This document shows positions 54,394-63,870 of a DNA stretch of 64,000 nt, piece after piece. The stretch is from an uncultured Gammaproteobacteria bacterium (GTDB taxonomy: Bacteria; Pseudomonadota; Gammaproteobacteria; UBA6002). The notes beneath the pieces were generated by a model. The model searched no databases, was not told where the DNA came from, and was given only the letters and a program-made list of their open reading frames with translations. The translations under genes were made by a program, and so were the position numbers. The stretch is from assembly GCA_963705725.1 (NCBI GenBank), contig CAVPKM010000016.1:32001-96000 (forward strand). Direction: 5' to 3'. Numbering within the stretch: position 1 is the stretch's first letter; the number at the start of each line of letters is the position of its first letter.

Positions 54394-54565
54394 TAGCTAT
54401 TCAGCACAGGGTTGAAACGTCCATATTTTTGCCATCTTCGAACAAAAAATTTAATTAAAACTGCTCACATACTTTTGTATGCTCCGCTTTTTAATTAAAT
54501 TTTTTGTCCGAATCTGGCTAAAATCTGAACGTTTAGCAACTTCTAGCATTTGTGCTGAATAGTTG
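54394..54565. mobile_element. ~172-bp palindromic MITE-like element with ERIC/RPE-like core
   Basis: TIRs AGCTATTCAGCACA / TGTGCTGAATAGTT; inner 24-bp arms TTCGAACAAAAAATTTAATTAAAA / TTTTAATTAAATTTTTTGTCCGAA; core CTGCTCACATACTTTTGTATGCTCCGCT; fragments recur elsewhere in the window. Confidence 0.75.
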
Positions 54566-54618
54566 CTATTTTTAGGTAACAATTTGTCTGGATCGGTTAA
54601 TTTTTCAAGGAAGGTCAA

Positions 54619-55050
54619 ATGGAAAAGTATCAGAAAATTTTGTTGGCGTTAGAACTGAATCAAACCTGTGATAATCTCCCTAGTCAGCGAGCGATGCAAT
54701 TAGTGGCTGACTTTAATGCAGAGCTTTATCTTTTGCATGTTATTGAGCATCTCAGCAGTTACGGCGCGGCTTATGGCGTTGCGGCAGGCGCGGATATTGA
54801 AGAAACATTGATGCAAAATGCCCGAGAAGAAATATACAAGGTTGCAAAAAAGCTTAATGTTTCAGAAAGTAACCAGTTGATTAAAGTTGGACCTGCTAAA
54901 TCTGTTATCTTAGAAGAAGCAGAAGACCTTGGGATTGATTTGATCATAGTTGGCAGTCACGGTAGGCATGGCATCCGTTTGTTGCTTGGCTCTACTGCAA
55001 ATGCCGTTTTACATGGCGCAAAATGTGATGTGTTAGCTGTTAGGGTATAG
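54619..55050 (+). CDS. uspA: Universal stress protein
   Basis: 'YQKILLAL', 'LYLLHVIE', 'DLIIVGSHGRHG..LLLGSTANAVLHGAKCDVLAVR'. Confidence 0.9.
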   Translation: MEKYQKILLALELNQTCDNLPSQRAMQLVADFNAELYLLHVIEHLSSYGAAYGVAAGADIEETLMQNAREEIYKVAKKLNVSESNQLIKVGPAKSVILEEAEDLGIDLIIVGSHGRHGIRLLLGSTANAVLHGAKCDVLAVRV

Positions 55051-55076
55051 TTCTGGGGTTCGCATCACGCAAGATG

Positions 55077-57140
55077 TTAATGCAATAAAGAAATGTCAGC
55101 GATCTGCAAAAATAAATTTTGAAGAAGATGCAGTAAAACTAAACGATTATTTCGTTGCTTTTCATCATCTGTCAAAACCATGACTTGATCGAAAAATTTA
55201 TCAATAGGGGCTTTTAAGGTTGAAAGTAAGATTAATGCTTCTTGGTATTGATGTTTTATACAAAATTCTGTAATTTTTATTGTTTGCTGTTCAATCAGGG
55301 TGGCTAACTCTTTTTCTGCTTCATGTTCAAAAAGCTCAGGATTCAGCCCTCGGCCTGAAAGAAAATTAGCCTGTCTTAAAATATTACTCACCCGCTTATT
55401 CGCTGCAGACAGCGCTTTTGCCTCGGGTAAGGTTTGAAAGAAATTTACCGCTTGAATTCGTTGATTAAAGTCTAATGGAGAGGTGGGGTATCTTGAAAAA
55501 ACACTGTTAAAAATTGTCGTATCCATTCCTTTTTCCACATACCCTGCACGTAATCGTTCCATCATAAAGCTTAGTGTCTCTGTTACTGTTGCCGGATTTT
55601 CAAGTGGTGGATAATTGTTAACCGCTAATTCAATCAGCTCGCCTAAATCAAAAGAAAGATTTCGTTCAATTAAAATGCGATTGATAGCTAGTGCTGCGCG
55701 GCGAAGACCAAAAGGATCTTTTTCCCCTGTTGGGGCTTGATTGATACCAAAAATACCCACTAAGGTATCTAGCTTATCTGCGATAGCAATGAGGCTCGCC
55801 AGTTTTTCTGTCGGAATCCTATCACCAGAAAAGCGCGGTAAGTAATGCTCTTTTATCGCCGTTGCTACATCGTGAGAAATATTATCTTCAAGTGCATAGT
55901 AGTAACCCATAATGCCTTGTAACTCAGGAAATTCTCCCACCATTTCACTGGTCAGATCCGCTTTACAAAGCAATCCTGCACGATGTGCTTTTTGAGGATC
56001 GATCTCTATTTTTTCTGCTAGGGTCACAGCCAGTTTGGCAATCCTTAACGACTTATCATAAACAGTACCTAGTTTATGTTGAAAAATTACTGTTTTTAAT
56101 TGAGTTAACTGCTTTTCAATTCCTTGCTTCAAATCCGTTTGATAGAAAAATTCTGCATCGGCAAGTCGGGCTCTCATTACACGTTCATTACCGACAATCA
56201 CTGTTTGAGGATCTTTGCTGTTAATATTGGCGATGGTAATGAAATAAGGTAATAAATTTCCTTCTTCATCGATAAGTGGAAAACATTTTTGATGAGTTTT
56301 CATTGATGAGATAAGCGCTTCCTGTGGAACAGCGAGGAAACGTTTATCAAAACTTCCCATCAAAGCATTTGGCCATTCGACAATGCTGGTCACTTCCTCT
56401 AGAAGAGAATCATCGACTAAAGCGCTTCCCTTCGATAAGGTCAATTTTTGAATTTGGTCCAGAATACAGGTTTTTCTTTTTTGATAATCTGCAATCACAA
56501 AATTTTTTTCTAACGTTGCGGCATAATCCGAAGAACACTGAATCGTGATAGTTGAGGGTGAATGAAATCGATGTCCAAAACTCTGATTATCCGCGTCTAG
56601 ATCAAAATATCTGAATGGGATAACTTCTGCTCCATACATAACGACTAACGAATGTACTGGCCGTAAAAAAGCGGTGGAGTGATTGCCCCATAGCATAGGT
56701 TTGGGAATGGGTAGTTGGTTCAGCGCTTTTCGAATAACGGTTGGCGCGACCTCAAAGATAGACTTACCAGAAACTTGAGTTTGATAGTAGAGACATTTTC
56801 CCTTTGGAGTTTCAACGGTTTTGAGGGAGTCAGGAGTAATGCCGCAAGATTTAGCAAAACCAATTGCTGCAGAAGTTGGTTTTCCTTCTTGATCATAAGC
56901 CAAATCGACATTTGGACCAATTTTTTCTGTCAGACGTTCCATTTGCTTTTTTGCTGCTTTTTTAACGAGTACCGCAATACGTCTTGGAGTGGCGAAAAAT
57001 TGTATTTCTTCAAATGGAAGATTGGCGGCGTTAAACCCCGATTCGATTCCATTTGCAAAAAAAGTGGCCAGATTAACCAGGGATTTAGGTGGTAGCTCTT
57101 CCGTTCCAATTTCAACTAAAAAATCTTGGCTATGAGTCAT
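55077..57140 (-). CDS. glyS: Glycine--tRNA ligase beta subunit
   Basis: 'FLVEIGTEELPP', 'FATPRR', 'GNERVMRARLADA', 'MVGEFPELQG', 'DPFGLRR'. Confidence 0.96.
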   Translation of the reverse strand: MTHSQDFLVEIGTEELPPKSLVNLATFFANGIESGFNAANLPFEEIQFFATPRRIAVLVKKAAKKQMERLTEKIGPNVDLAYDQEGKPTSAAIGFAKSCGITPDSLKTVETPKGKCLYYQTQVSGKSIFEVAPTVIRKALNQLPIPKPMLWGNHSTAFLRPVHSLVVMYGAEVIPFRYFDLDADNQSFGHRFHSPSTITIQCSSDYAATLEKNFVIADYQKRKTCILDQIQKLTLSKGSALVDDSLLEEVTSIVEWPNALMGSFDKRFLAVPQEALISSMKTHQKCFPLIDEEGNLLPYFITIANINSKDPQTVIVGNERVMRARLADAEFFYQTDLKQGIEKQLTQLKTVIFQHKLGTVYDKSLRIAKLAVTLAEKIEIDPQKAHRAGLLCKADLTSEMVGEFPELQGIMGYYYALEDNISHDVATAIKEHYLPRFSGDRIPTEKLASLIAIADKLDTLVGIFGINQAPTGEKDPFGLRRAALAINRILIERNLSFDLGELIELAVNNYPPLENPATVTETLSFMMERLRAGYVEKGMDTTIFNSVFSRYPTSPLDFNQRIQAVNFFQTLPEAKALSAANKRVSNILRQANFLSGRGLNPELFEHEAEKELATLIEQQTIKITEFCIKHQYQEALILLSTLKAPIDKFFDQVMVLTDDEKQRNNRLVLLHLLQNLFLQIADISLLH

Positions 57141-57161
57141 TTGAAATCCTCTAAAAATCGC

Positions 57162-58130
57162 TTACTCAGCGGAAGCTATTGAATAAGATGTGGTTTGTTC
57201 TTGTGACCCGACATGATGAGGAGGCTTTTTATTTTTTAAAAGTAAGGGGAAATTTAATTTCTCTCTTACTGCATAATAAGATTTAGCGACGGCGAATGCG
57301 AGTTTTCGTACTCTTAAGATATATCGTTGACGTTCGGTCACTGAAATTGCATGTCTTGCATCGAGCAAGTTAAAAGCATGTGAAGCTTTTAGCACCATTT
57401 CATAGGCTGGTAAGGGGAGGTTAGCTTCTATCAGTTTTTGACATTCTGATTCATAATAGTCAAATTCTTTTAATAAATGATCAACATTGGCGTATTGAAA
57501 ATTATACGTAGACATTTCTACTTCATTTTGATGAAACACATCGCCGTAAGTCACTGTACCATTGGGTGTTTCAGCCCAAACCAAATCAAAAATACTCTCA
57601 ACTCCTTGAAGATACATGGCAATACGTTCTAAGCCGTAAGTAATTTCCCCAGTAATCGGATGACAGGCTACCCCCCCTACTTGTTGAAAATAAGTAAATT
57701 GTGTGATTTCCATGCCATTTTGCCAAATTTCCCAGCCTAATCCCCACGCTCCAAGAGTAGGCGATTCCCAGTTATCTTCAACAAAGCGAATATCGTGAAG
57801 TAAGGGGTCGATACCTAAATATCGTAAGGAACCTAAATAAAGTTCTTGAATATTATCTGGTGAAGGTTTTAGAAGAACTTGAAATTGATAGTAATGTTGA
57901 GTTCGGTTAGGGCTTTCTCCATAACGACCATCTTTCGGCCTTCGAGAAGGTTGCACATAAGCAGCATTCCAAGGTTCTGGACCAATTGCCCTTAAAAATG
58001 TCGCGGTATGAAAGGTACCTGCACCCACTTCTAAATCATAAGGTTGTAGCAAAATGCAGCCTTGTTCTACCCAATAGTGTTGGAGGGCTAATATCATGCC
58101 TTGAAAGGTCTTAACATTCATTTCGTTCAA
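57162..58130 (-). CDS. glyQ: Glycine--tRNA ligase alpha subunit
   Basis: 'GAGTFH', '[13 protein letters not shown]', '[17 protein letters not shown]', 'TYGLER'; ATG alternative at 58121. Confidence 0.97.
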   Translation of the reverse strand: MNEMNVKTFQGMILALQHYWVEQGCILLQPYDLEVGAGTFHTATFLRAIGPEPWNAAYVQPSRRPKDGRYGESPNRTQHYYQFQVLLKPSPDNIQELYLGSLRYLGIDPLLHDIRFVEDNWESPTLGAWGLGWEIWQNGMEITQFTYFQQVGGVACHPITGEITYGLERIAMYLQGVESIFDLVWAETPNGTVTYGDVFHQNEVEMSTYNFQYANVDHLLKEFDYYESECQKLIEANLPLPAYEMVLKASHAFNLLDARHAISVTERQRYILRVRKLAFAVAKSYYAVREKLNFPLLLKNKKPPHHVGSQEQTTSYSIASAE

Positions 58131-58174
58131 ATTGACTTATACCTCTATATTTGAGGAGTGACGAAAATTCTGCG

Positions 58175-58199
58175 AAGGGGAAAGGTTTTCTTTCCCCTT
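58175..58199 (-). terminator. Hairpin downstream of the com1-like gene
   Basis: AAGGGGAAAG-GTTTT-CTTTCCCCTT perfect 10-bp stem 5 nt after the stop codon; no clear U-tract. Confidence 0.5.
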
Positions 58200-58204
58200 G
58201 AGGT

Positions 58205-59011
58205 TTATTTTCTGACTTGTTTAATTGCTTGCTTCACACTATCCGTTGTCACTACGCCTGGTAAGTATTCTACATGTGTTCCAATGCGATTCCCGATAAA
58301 AAAGGCAGGGGTACCAAGCAGGCCGAGATCTTGTGCTAATTTGAAATTATCGTTTAATTGATTTTCAATCTCTTTATTCTTCATGTCAGTTTGCAATTGC
58401 TGAACATTCAGACCTACTTTTTTTGCCGTTTCATTCACTTTTTCATCAGTTAAAGGAAGTGGCATTTCAAGTAATGCTCGGTGAAAAGCCAGAAATTTGT
58501 CTTGTCCTTGTTTGATTGCTGCAATAGATGCTTGCGCTGCATATTTTGAAGAGCCGCCGAATATAGGCAGTTGTTTTACCACAATACGAACTTTATTGTC
58601 TGATTTAATCAGAGAGTCGATCACCATAGACATCTCACGACAATGGGTGCACTGATAATCTAAAAATTCTACAACTGAGACATCTCCTTCCTTGTTACCC
58701 ACTGTTGGGCTACTTAGAGAATTAAATAAAGGCTTTGCATTTTTTAAGACCGCTTGTTGGGTCTTAGTTTTTGCTTTTGCAAATTCTTGATCTTGATAAG
58801 CTTGAGAAGCCTCTACTAATACTTGGGGATTTTTAACCAGATAGTCATGAACGATATTTTGTATTCCTTTAACTTGTGCATCATTAAAATTAGCTTGGTT
58901 ATTAACCAAACTTTTAGGCAAAGGAGTGGGGGGAGTAGTTGTCGCTGCCATTAAGTTTTGGCTAGTAAGTAGAGCAAGGGCAAGTAGCCCAGTAGAAAAT
59001 ATTGACCTCAT
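58205..59011 (-). CDS. Com1/DsbA2-like periplasmic thiol:disulfide oxidoreductase
   Basis: Signal peptide, N-terminal 'IVHDYLVKNPQVLVEA', active site 'DYQCTHC', cis-Pro loop 'GLLGTPAF'. Confidence 0.88.
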   Translation of the reverse strand: MRSIFSTGLLALALLTSQNLMAATTTPPTPLPKSLVNNQANFNDAQVKGIQNIVHDYLVKNPQVLVEASQAYQDQEFAKAKTKTQQAVLKNAKPLFNSLSSPTVGNKEGDVSVVEFLDYQCTHCREMSMVIDSLIKSDNKVRIVVKQLPIFGGSSKYAAQASIAAIKQGQDKFLAFHRALLEMPLPLTDEKVNETAKKVGLNVQQLQTDMKNKEIENQLNDNFKLAQDLGLLGTPAFFIGNRIGTHVEYLPGVVTTDSVKQAIKQVRK

Positions 59012-59043
59012 TTTATCCTATCCTCACAGTTATAAACAATTAA

Positions 59044-59071
59044 ACAGTAGCATGGTTAGGGGGTATGTCAA
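59044..59071 (-). promoter_or_regulatory. Sigma70-like promoter of the com1-like gene
   Basis: Minus strand TTGACA-16 bp-TACTGT with TG extension. Confidence 0.5.
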
Positions 59072-59104
59072 ATCCATTCAAGAAGGGCATGGTGACGAAA
59101 ATTG

Positions 59105-59953
59105 TCAGTTATCAAGTATTGCTTTGATTTTGTTCATTGCATTTTTTTCTAATTGCCGAATTCTTTCGGCAGTCACATTGTATTCGCTTGCAAGCTCGTG
59201 AAGTGTTGCTTTTTGGTCAATAAGCCAGCGCCTTTTTATTATTTCTTGACTTCGTTGATCTAGGCTTTTCATGGCGTGATATAATTTACTTTCTTGATCT
59301 GTTGACCAATCTTCTGCTTCTAATCTTTTGGCAGGATCATAGCGCTGATCTTCAAGATAATGAACGGGTGAGAATCCTTGTTCGTTCTCGTTTAATAAAG
59401 GATCATATGTTTCATCGGGTAATTGCAGTCTGGCTTCCATTTTGCGAACTTCATTTTCGCTTACATCTAAGTTTTTTGCTAAATCTGTCACTTCTTTAGC
59501 CGTAAACCAATTTAAGTGCTTGGTTGCCTTCCGTAGATTAAAAAATAGTTTACGCTGCGCTTTTGTCGTCGCAATTTTTACTATTTTCCAATTTTTTAGG
59601 ATGAACTCATGAATTTCAGCCTTAATCCAATGAACTGCAAAAGAAACTAATCGGACGCCAACTTGAGGATTAAATCGCTTAACAGCCTTCATTAATCCAA
59701 TAGTGCCTTCTTGAATAAGGTCGGATTGCGAGAGGCCATAACCTGCATACCCCTTCGCAACGCGAACGACAAAACGAAGATGGGCTAATACTAAGCGCCT
59801 AGCGGCTTCTAGATCACCTCTAAAATACAAGTCATCGGCTAATTGTTTTTCTTCTTCTTCAGTTAATAAAGGAATTTTATTTACCCAATGAATATAAGCA
59901 TCTAAACTGCCAATCGGTGCAGCAAATTGCAATTTTTGTAAACTTTTCTCCAT
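59105..59953 (-). CDS. rpoH: RNA polymerase sigma-32 factor
   Basis: 'DLIQEG.IGLMKAVKRF', 'HWIKAEIHEFIL.NW', RpoH box 'ATTKAQRKLFFNLRK'. Confidence 0.96.
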   Translation of the reverse strand: MEKSLQKLQFAAPIGSLDAYIHWVNKIPLLTEEEEKQLADDLYFRGDLEAARRLVLAHLRFVVRVAKGYAGYGLSQSDLIQEGTIGLMKAVKRFNPQVGVRLVSFAVHWIKAEIHEFILKNWKIVKIATTKAQRKLFFNLRKATKHLNWFTAKEVTDLAKNLDVSENEVRKMEARLQLPDETYDPLLNENEQGFSPVHYLEDQRYDPAKRLEAEDWSTDQESKLYHAMKSLDQRSQEIIKRRWLIDQKATLHELASEYNVTAERIRQLEKNAMNKIKAILDN

Positions 59954-60064
59954 ACAAACCTCAAGCGAATATGTTCACGCAGGTCAATTTAGACCGTCGA
60001 TAAAATTCCCCAATTGTACCATAATGATGAAAAATGTGTAAACCCCTCAAGGGGTTGCCCCGAT

Positions 60065-61042
60065 TCAGGGCTCCTTAGGTGCAGGCGTTGCAAATAATGC
60101 ATTGACAAACGCTTCTTTATCAAAGGGAAGCAGATCATCAATTTGTTCCCCAACACCAATAAAGTAGATGGGGATTTTCATCTTGTCGGCAATGGCAAAA
60201 ACAATTCCACCTTTAGCTGTTCCGTCCAATTTAGTAATGATGATACCGGTTATTCCCATTGCTTGATGGAATATTTCTGCCTGTTTTAAAGCATTTTGTC
60301 CAGTTGTGGCATCGAGTACGAGTAGGACTTCATGCGGAGCTTCACTATCAATTTTTTGTAATACGCGTTTTATTTTTTTTAACTCTTCCATTAAATGCGT
60401 TTGCGTATGCAGGCGACCTGCAGTATCTGCAATAAGCAAATCAAAATCACGAGATTTTGCAGCGGTGTATGCATCGAAAATAACAGAGGCACTGTCTGCT
60501 CCTATATGCTGAGCAATAACAGGGATATGATTTCTTTCTCCCCATACTTGCAACTGATCAATTGCTGCGGCACGAAAAGTATCCCCAGCCGCTAACATGA
60601 CCTTCATTTTTTTTTCTTGAAAAAATTTTGCCAATTTTCCAATACTTGTGGTTTTACCTGTGCCGTTCACCCCGATGACTAAAATCGCAGACGGCCGATG
60701 GAAATTTTCAAGTAATGTTTGATCAAGGGAAGGATTTAGGATGGAAAGTAATTGCTGCTTAAGTGCTTCATATAAGGCTTCAGAATCATTTAATTCTTTG
60801 CGAGAAACTTGTTTAGTGAGGTTGTTAATGATCTTTTGAGTCACCTCAACGCCAACATCAGCAAGAATAAGCTGGGTTTCTATTTCTTCCATTAAGCTTT
60901 GATCAATGACTTTTTTTCCAAGAAATAAATTGCCGAGACCGCTGGATAAATGATCACGGGTTTTTTTTAATCCGCGTGTAAATGAAGAAAAAAAACCACC
61001 TTTTTTTTCCTCATTTTTTTTTGATTTCAATAAATTTAACAT
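60065..61042 (-). CDS. ftsY: SRP receptor FtsY (short, NG domain only)
   Basis: 'GVNGTGKTT', 'DTFRAAA', 'DTAGR', 'TKLDGTAKGG', 'GVGE.IDDL'. Confidence 0.96.
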   Translation of the reverse strand: MLNLLKSKKNEEKKGGFFSSFTRGLKKTRDHLSSGLGNLFLGKKVIDQSLMEEIETQLILADVGVEVTQKIINNLTKQVSRKELNDSEALYEALKQQLLSILNPSLDQTLLENFHRPSAILVIGVNGTGKTTSIGKLAKFFQEKKMKVMLAAGDTFRAAAIDQLQVWGERNHIPVIAQHIGADSASVIFDAYTAAKSRDFDLLIADTAGRLHTQTHLMEELKKIKRVLQKIDSEAPHEVLLVLDATTGQNALKQAEIFHQAMGITGIIITKLDGTAKGGIVFAIADKMKIPIYFIGVGEQIDDLLPFDKEAFVNALFATPAPKEP

Positions 61043-61105
61043 TTAAAAGACCTTTTATTCTGCTTTGGAAACAGCGACAAATCAGCTATCCTATATTGCT
61101 CGTAA

Positions 61106-61127
61106 AACTATTCAGCGCAAATGCTAG
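61106..61127. repeat. Solo terminal fragment of the MITE family
   Basis: AACTATTCAGCGCAAATGCTAG, one mismatch to the element end; between ftsY and the M16 gene. Confidence 0.65.
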
Positions 61128-61148
61128 CTATCTAAAGGTATAAACAAG

Positions 61149-62531
61149 ATGCGTATTTATATATTACTATGTACTTTTATTTTCGGCTTTATCTGTCACG
61201 TCACTTATGCTGAGTCAAAAATCAATGAATATCAACTTCCAAATGGATTAAAAGTTTTAATCAAGGAAGATCATCGGTTACCTGTTGTGGTAACAGAGGT
61301 TTGGTATAGAGTCGGCTCGAGTTATGAACCGAATGGAATTACCGGTATTTCTCATGTTCTCGAGCATATGATGTTTAAAGGCACTAAGGCGTATGGCCCG
61401 GGTGTTTTTTCAAAAATTGTGGCTGAAAATGGTGGAGAAGAGAATGCTTTTACTGCCGATGATTACACTGCATATTACCAGAGGGTGGAGGCCAAGAAAT
61501 TACCCATCAGCTTAGAGTTAGAAGCAGATCGCATGCGTAATTTACTTTTAAGCCAAAATGAATTTGTTAAAGAAATTGAAGTGGTCAAAGAGGAAAGAAG
61601 ACTTCGTACTGATGATAATCCACAAAGTTTGACCTATGAACGCTTTGGAGCAGCTGCCAATGTGGGTAGTCCCTATCATCATCCGGTAATCGGATGGATG
61701 TGGGATTTGAATCACCTGAAGGTTGAAGACGTTCAAAAATGGTATCGTACCTGGTATGCGCCAAGCAACGCGGTTTTAGTCATTGTTGGCGACGTGAATC
61801 CTAAAGAAACAATTAAACTTGTTCGTCGCTATTTTGACCCATTACAAACCCCAGCCTTACCAGTTAGCAAGACACCTAGTGAATTTAAAGATTTCGGCGA
61901 GCGTCGCCTCGTTGTTCAAACGCCAGCAAAATTACCTTTACTAATAATGGGTTACAATACTCCTTCGTTTAAAACTGCAGAGAATAAGGAAGAGGCGTAT
62001 GCGTTAGTGGTTCTGTCTTCCCTTTTAGATGGGGGGGATAGTGCGAGATTACCGACTCGAATTGTAAGGGGAAAGCAACTCGCAAGTGATGTTGATGTGG
62101 GTTACGATATTTTTAGTCGCCTGGATAATATCTTTACAATTACTGCTATTCCTTCTTCGGGACGAACCCCGCAAGAAGTAGAGCAAGCCATCACAGCTGA
62201 AATTAACGATTTAAAAAATAAACCAGTAGATAGTAAAGAATTGGCTCGTGTTAAAGCACAAATTATCGCTAATAAAATTTACGAAAAAGATTCAATCATG
62301 AATCAAGCAAATGAGATTGGCGCTTTGGAAGCCGTGAATCTTTCTTGGAAAGATGCGGATACTTACTTAGAGCAAATTAAAAAAGTTACGCCAGCTCAAA
62401 TTCAAGCTGTGGCGAAAAAATATTTTTCACCGAATAAATTGACCGTTGCAATTTTAAAGCCACTTCCGATTGATGCAAAAACGCAAGATAAGCCGGTGTT
62501 AACGACCGGAGGAGAGCAAAATGTTCGCTAA
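61149..62531 (+). CDS. M16B zinc peptidase, catalytic subunit
   Basis: Signal peptide; inverted zinc motif 'SHVLEHMMFKGT' (HxxEH); 'NAFT..DYT.Y'. Confidence 0.9.
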   Translation: MRIYILLCTFIFGFICHVTYAESKINEYQLPNGLKVLIKEDHRLPVVVTEVWYRVGSSYEPNGITGISHVLEHMMFKGTKAYGPGVFSKIVAENGGEENAFTADDYTAYYQRVEAKKLPISLELEADRMRNLLLSQNEFVKEIEVVKEERRLRTDDNPQSLTYERFGAAANVGSPYHHPVIGWMWDLNHLKVEDVQKWYRTWYAPSNAVLVIVGDVNPKETIKLVRRYFDPLQTPALPVSKTPSEFKDFGERRLVVQTPAKLPLLIMGYNTPSFKTAENKEEAYALVVLSSLLDGGDSARLPTRIVRGKQLASDVDVGYDIFSRLDNIFTITAIPSSGRTPQEVEQAITAEINDLKNKPVDSKELARVKAQIIANKIYEKDSIMNQANEIGALEAVNLSWKDADTYLEQIKKVTPAQIQAVAKKYFSPNKLTVAILKPLPIDAKTQDKPVLTTGGEQNVR

Positions 62532-63870
62532 TTTTATACGACTCATTTGCTTATTATCCGTGATTTTTGAGTGTGCAAGCAGCTTTGCTACTGAAAAGTC
62601 TATCCTCCCTATCAAAACCTGGAAAACAAAGGTTGGCACACCTGTTTTTTATGTTTATGAACCTGAGTTGCCGATGATCGATATCCAGGTCGCATTTGAT
62701 GCCGGGTCAGCGCGTGATGGAAATCAAGCAGGCATTGCTAAATTAACGAATGAATCACTGTCAGTAGGCACGACAACTCAATCCGTGGATGCAATTGCAG
62801 CGGCTTTTGAAAATGTTGGAGCAATCTATTCTAATGCGATAAATCGTGACATGGCAGTAGTGGCACTTCGGTCTCTGTCAGACCCTCATGCTTTTCAACC
62901 TGCCTTAGCTACCTTTACTGAAGTGCTTACCAAGGCTAATTTTCCATCTCACGAGTTTTCACGTGTTCAGAAACAGTTACTCCGGACATTGGAAGAGCAA
63001 GAAGAGTTACCTGCTTCCATTGCTTTAAAAAGTTTCTACCATGCACTTTATGATAATCTACCCTACGGTCATCCTATTTCGGGGTATCTTAATACCGTTA
63101 ATCTGTTAGCTGCGAAAGATTCACTCAAGTTTTATCAACAATTTTATACGGCTCAAAATTGTTTGATTGCTATTGTTGGAGACATTGATGAATCTAATGC
63201 TCATCTTATTGCCGAAAATTTATCAAAAAACATGCAACAAGGTAAAAAAATACCAATGTTTGCTACAAAAAAAATGAATTCGGGAGCGATCAAAAAGCAT
63301 ATCTCATTTCCGTCAAGTCAAACCAATGTTTTAATGGGCCAAATAGGAATAACACGATCAGATCCAGATTATTATACGGTTGTGGTGGGCAATTATATCC
63401 TAGGAGGAGGGTCGCTTACTTCTCGCTTGTTTGATGAGGTAAGAGAAAAGAGAGGGCTTGCTTATACGGTGAGAAGCCAATTTAATGCATTAAAAGAACG
63501 CGGACCTTTTCTTATCGAATTGCAAACTCGTAATAGCGAAGCAAAAAACGCTATTAATGTTGTCAGCCATACTTTGAATAATTTCATTAGCAATGGCCCG
63601 ACCAATCAGGAGCTTGCTGGTGCAAAAGAGAATCTTGCCCATGGCTTTGTCTTGAAATTAGCAAGTAATTCAGCAATCATCTCTCAACTGCTTAATATTG
63701 GCTTTTATCATTTATCACTGGATTATCTGGATACTTATGCTGACAATATTAATAAGGTGACGGATCAATCCATCAAGCAAGTTTTTAACAGGATCATCCA
63801 TCCCAATAACCTGGTAACAATTACTGTTGGTAAGGAAATGAATGAGCAAGAAGCAGGTACGAAGACCTAA
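62521..63870 (+). CDS. M16B peptidase, non-catalytic partner subunit
   Basis: M16 fold motifs 'FDAGSARD', 'SRLFDEVREKRGLAY' without HxxEH; overlaps the upstream gene. Confidence 0.85.
   Translation: MFANFIRLICLLSVIFECASSFATEKSILPIKTWKTKVGTPVFYVYEPELPMIDIQVAFDAGSARDGNQAGIAKLTNESLSVGTTTQSVDAIAAAFENVGAIYSNAINRDMAVVALRSLSDPHAFQPALATFTEVLTKANFPSHEFSRVQKQLLRTLEEQEELPASIALKSFYHALYDNLPYGHPISGYLNTVNLLAAKDSLKFYQQFYTAQNCLIAIVGDIDESNAHLIAENLSKNMQQGKKIPMFATKKMNSGAIKKHISFPSSQTNVLMGQIGITRSDPDYYTVVVGNYILGGGSLTSRLFDEVREKRGLAYTVRSQFNALKERGPFLIELQTRNSEAKNAINVVSHTLNNFISNGPTNQELAGAKENLAHGFVLKLASNSAIISQLLNIGFYHLSLDYLDTYADNINKVTDQSIKQVFNRIIHPNNLVTITVGKEMNEQEAGTKT

Noticed and set aside
62953-62968. parS-like sequence GTTTTCACGTGTTCAG near the origin
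   Set aside because: Several mismatches to TGTTTCACGTGAAACA and not palindromic outside CACGTG.
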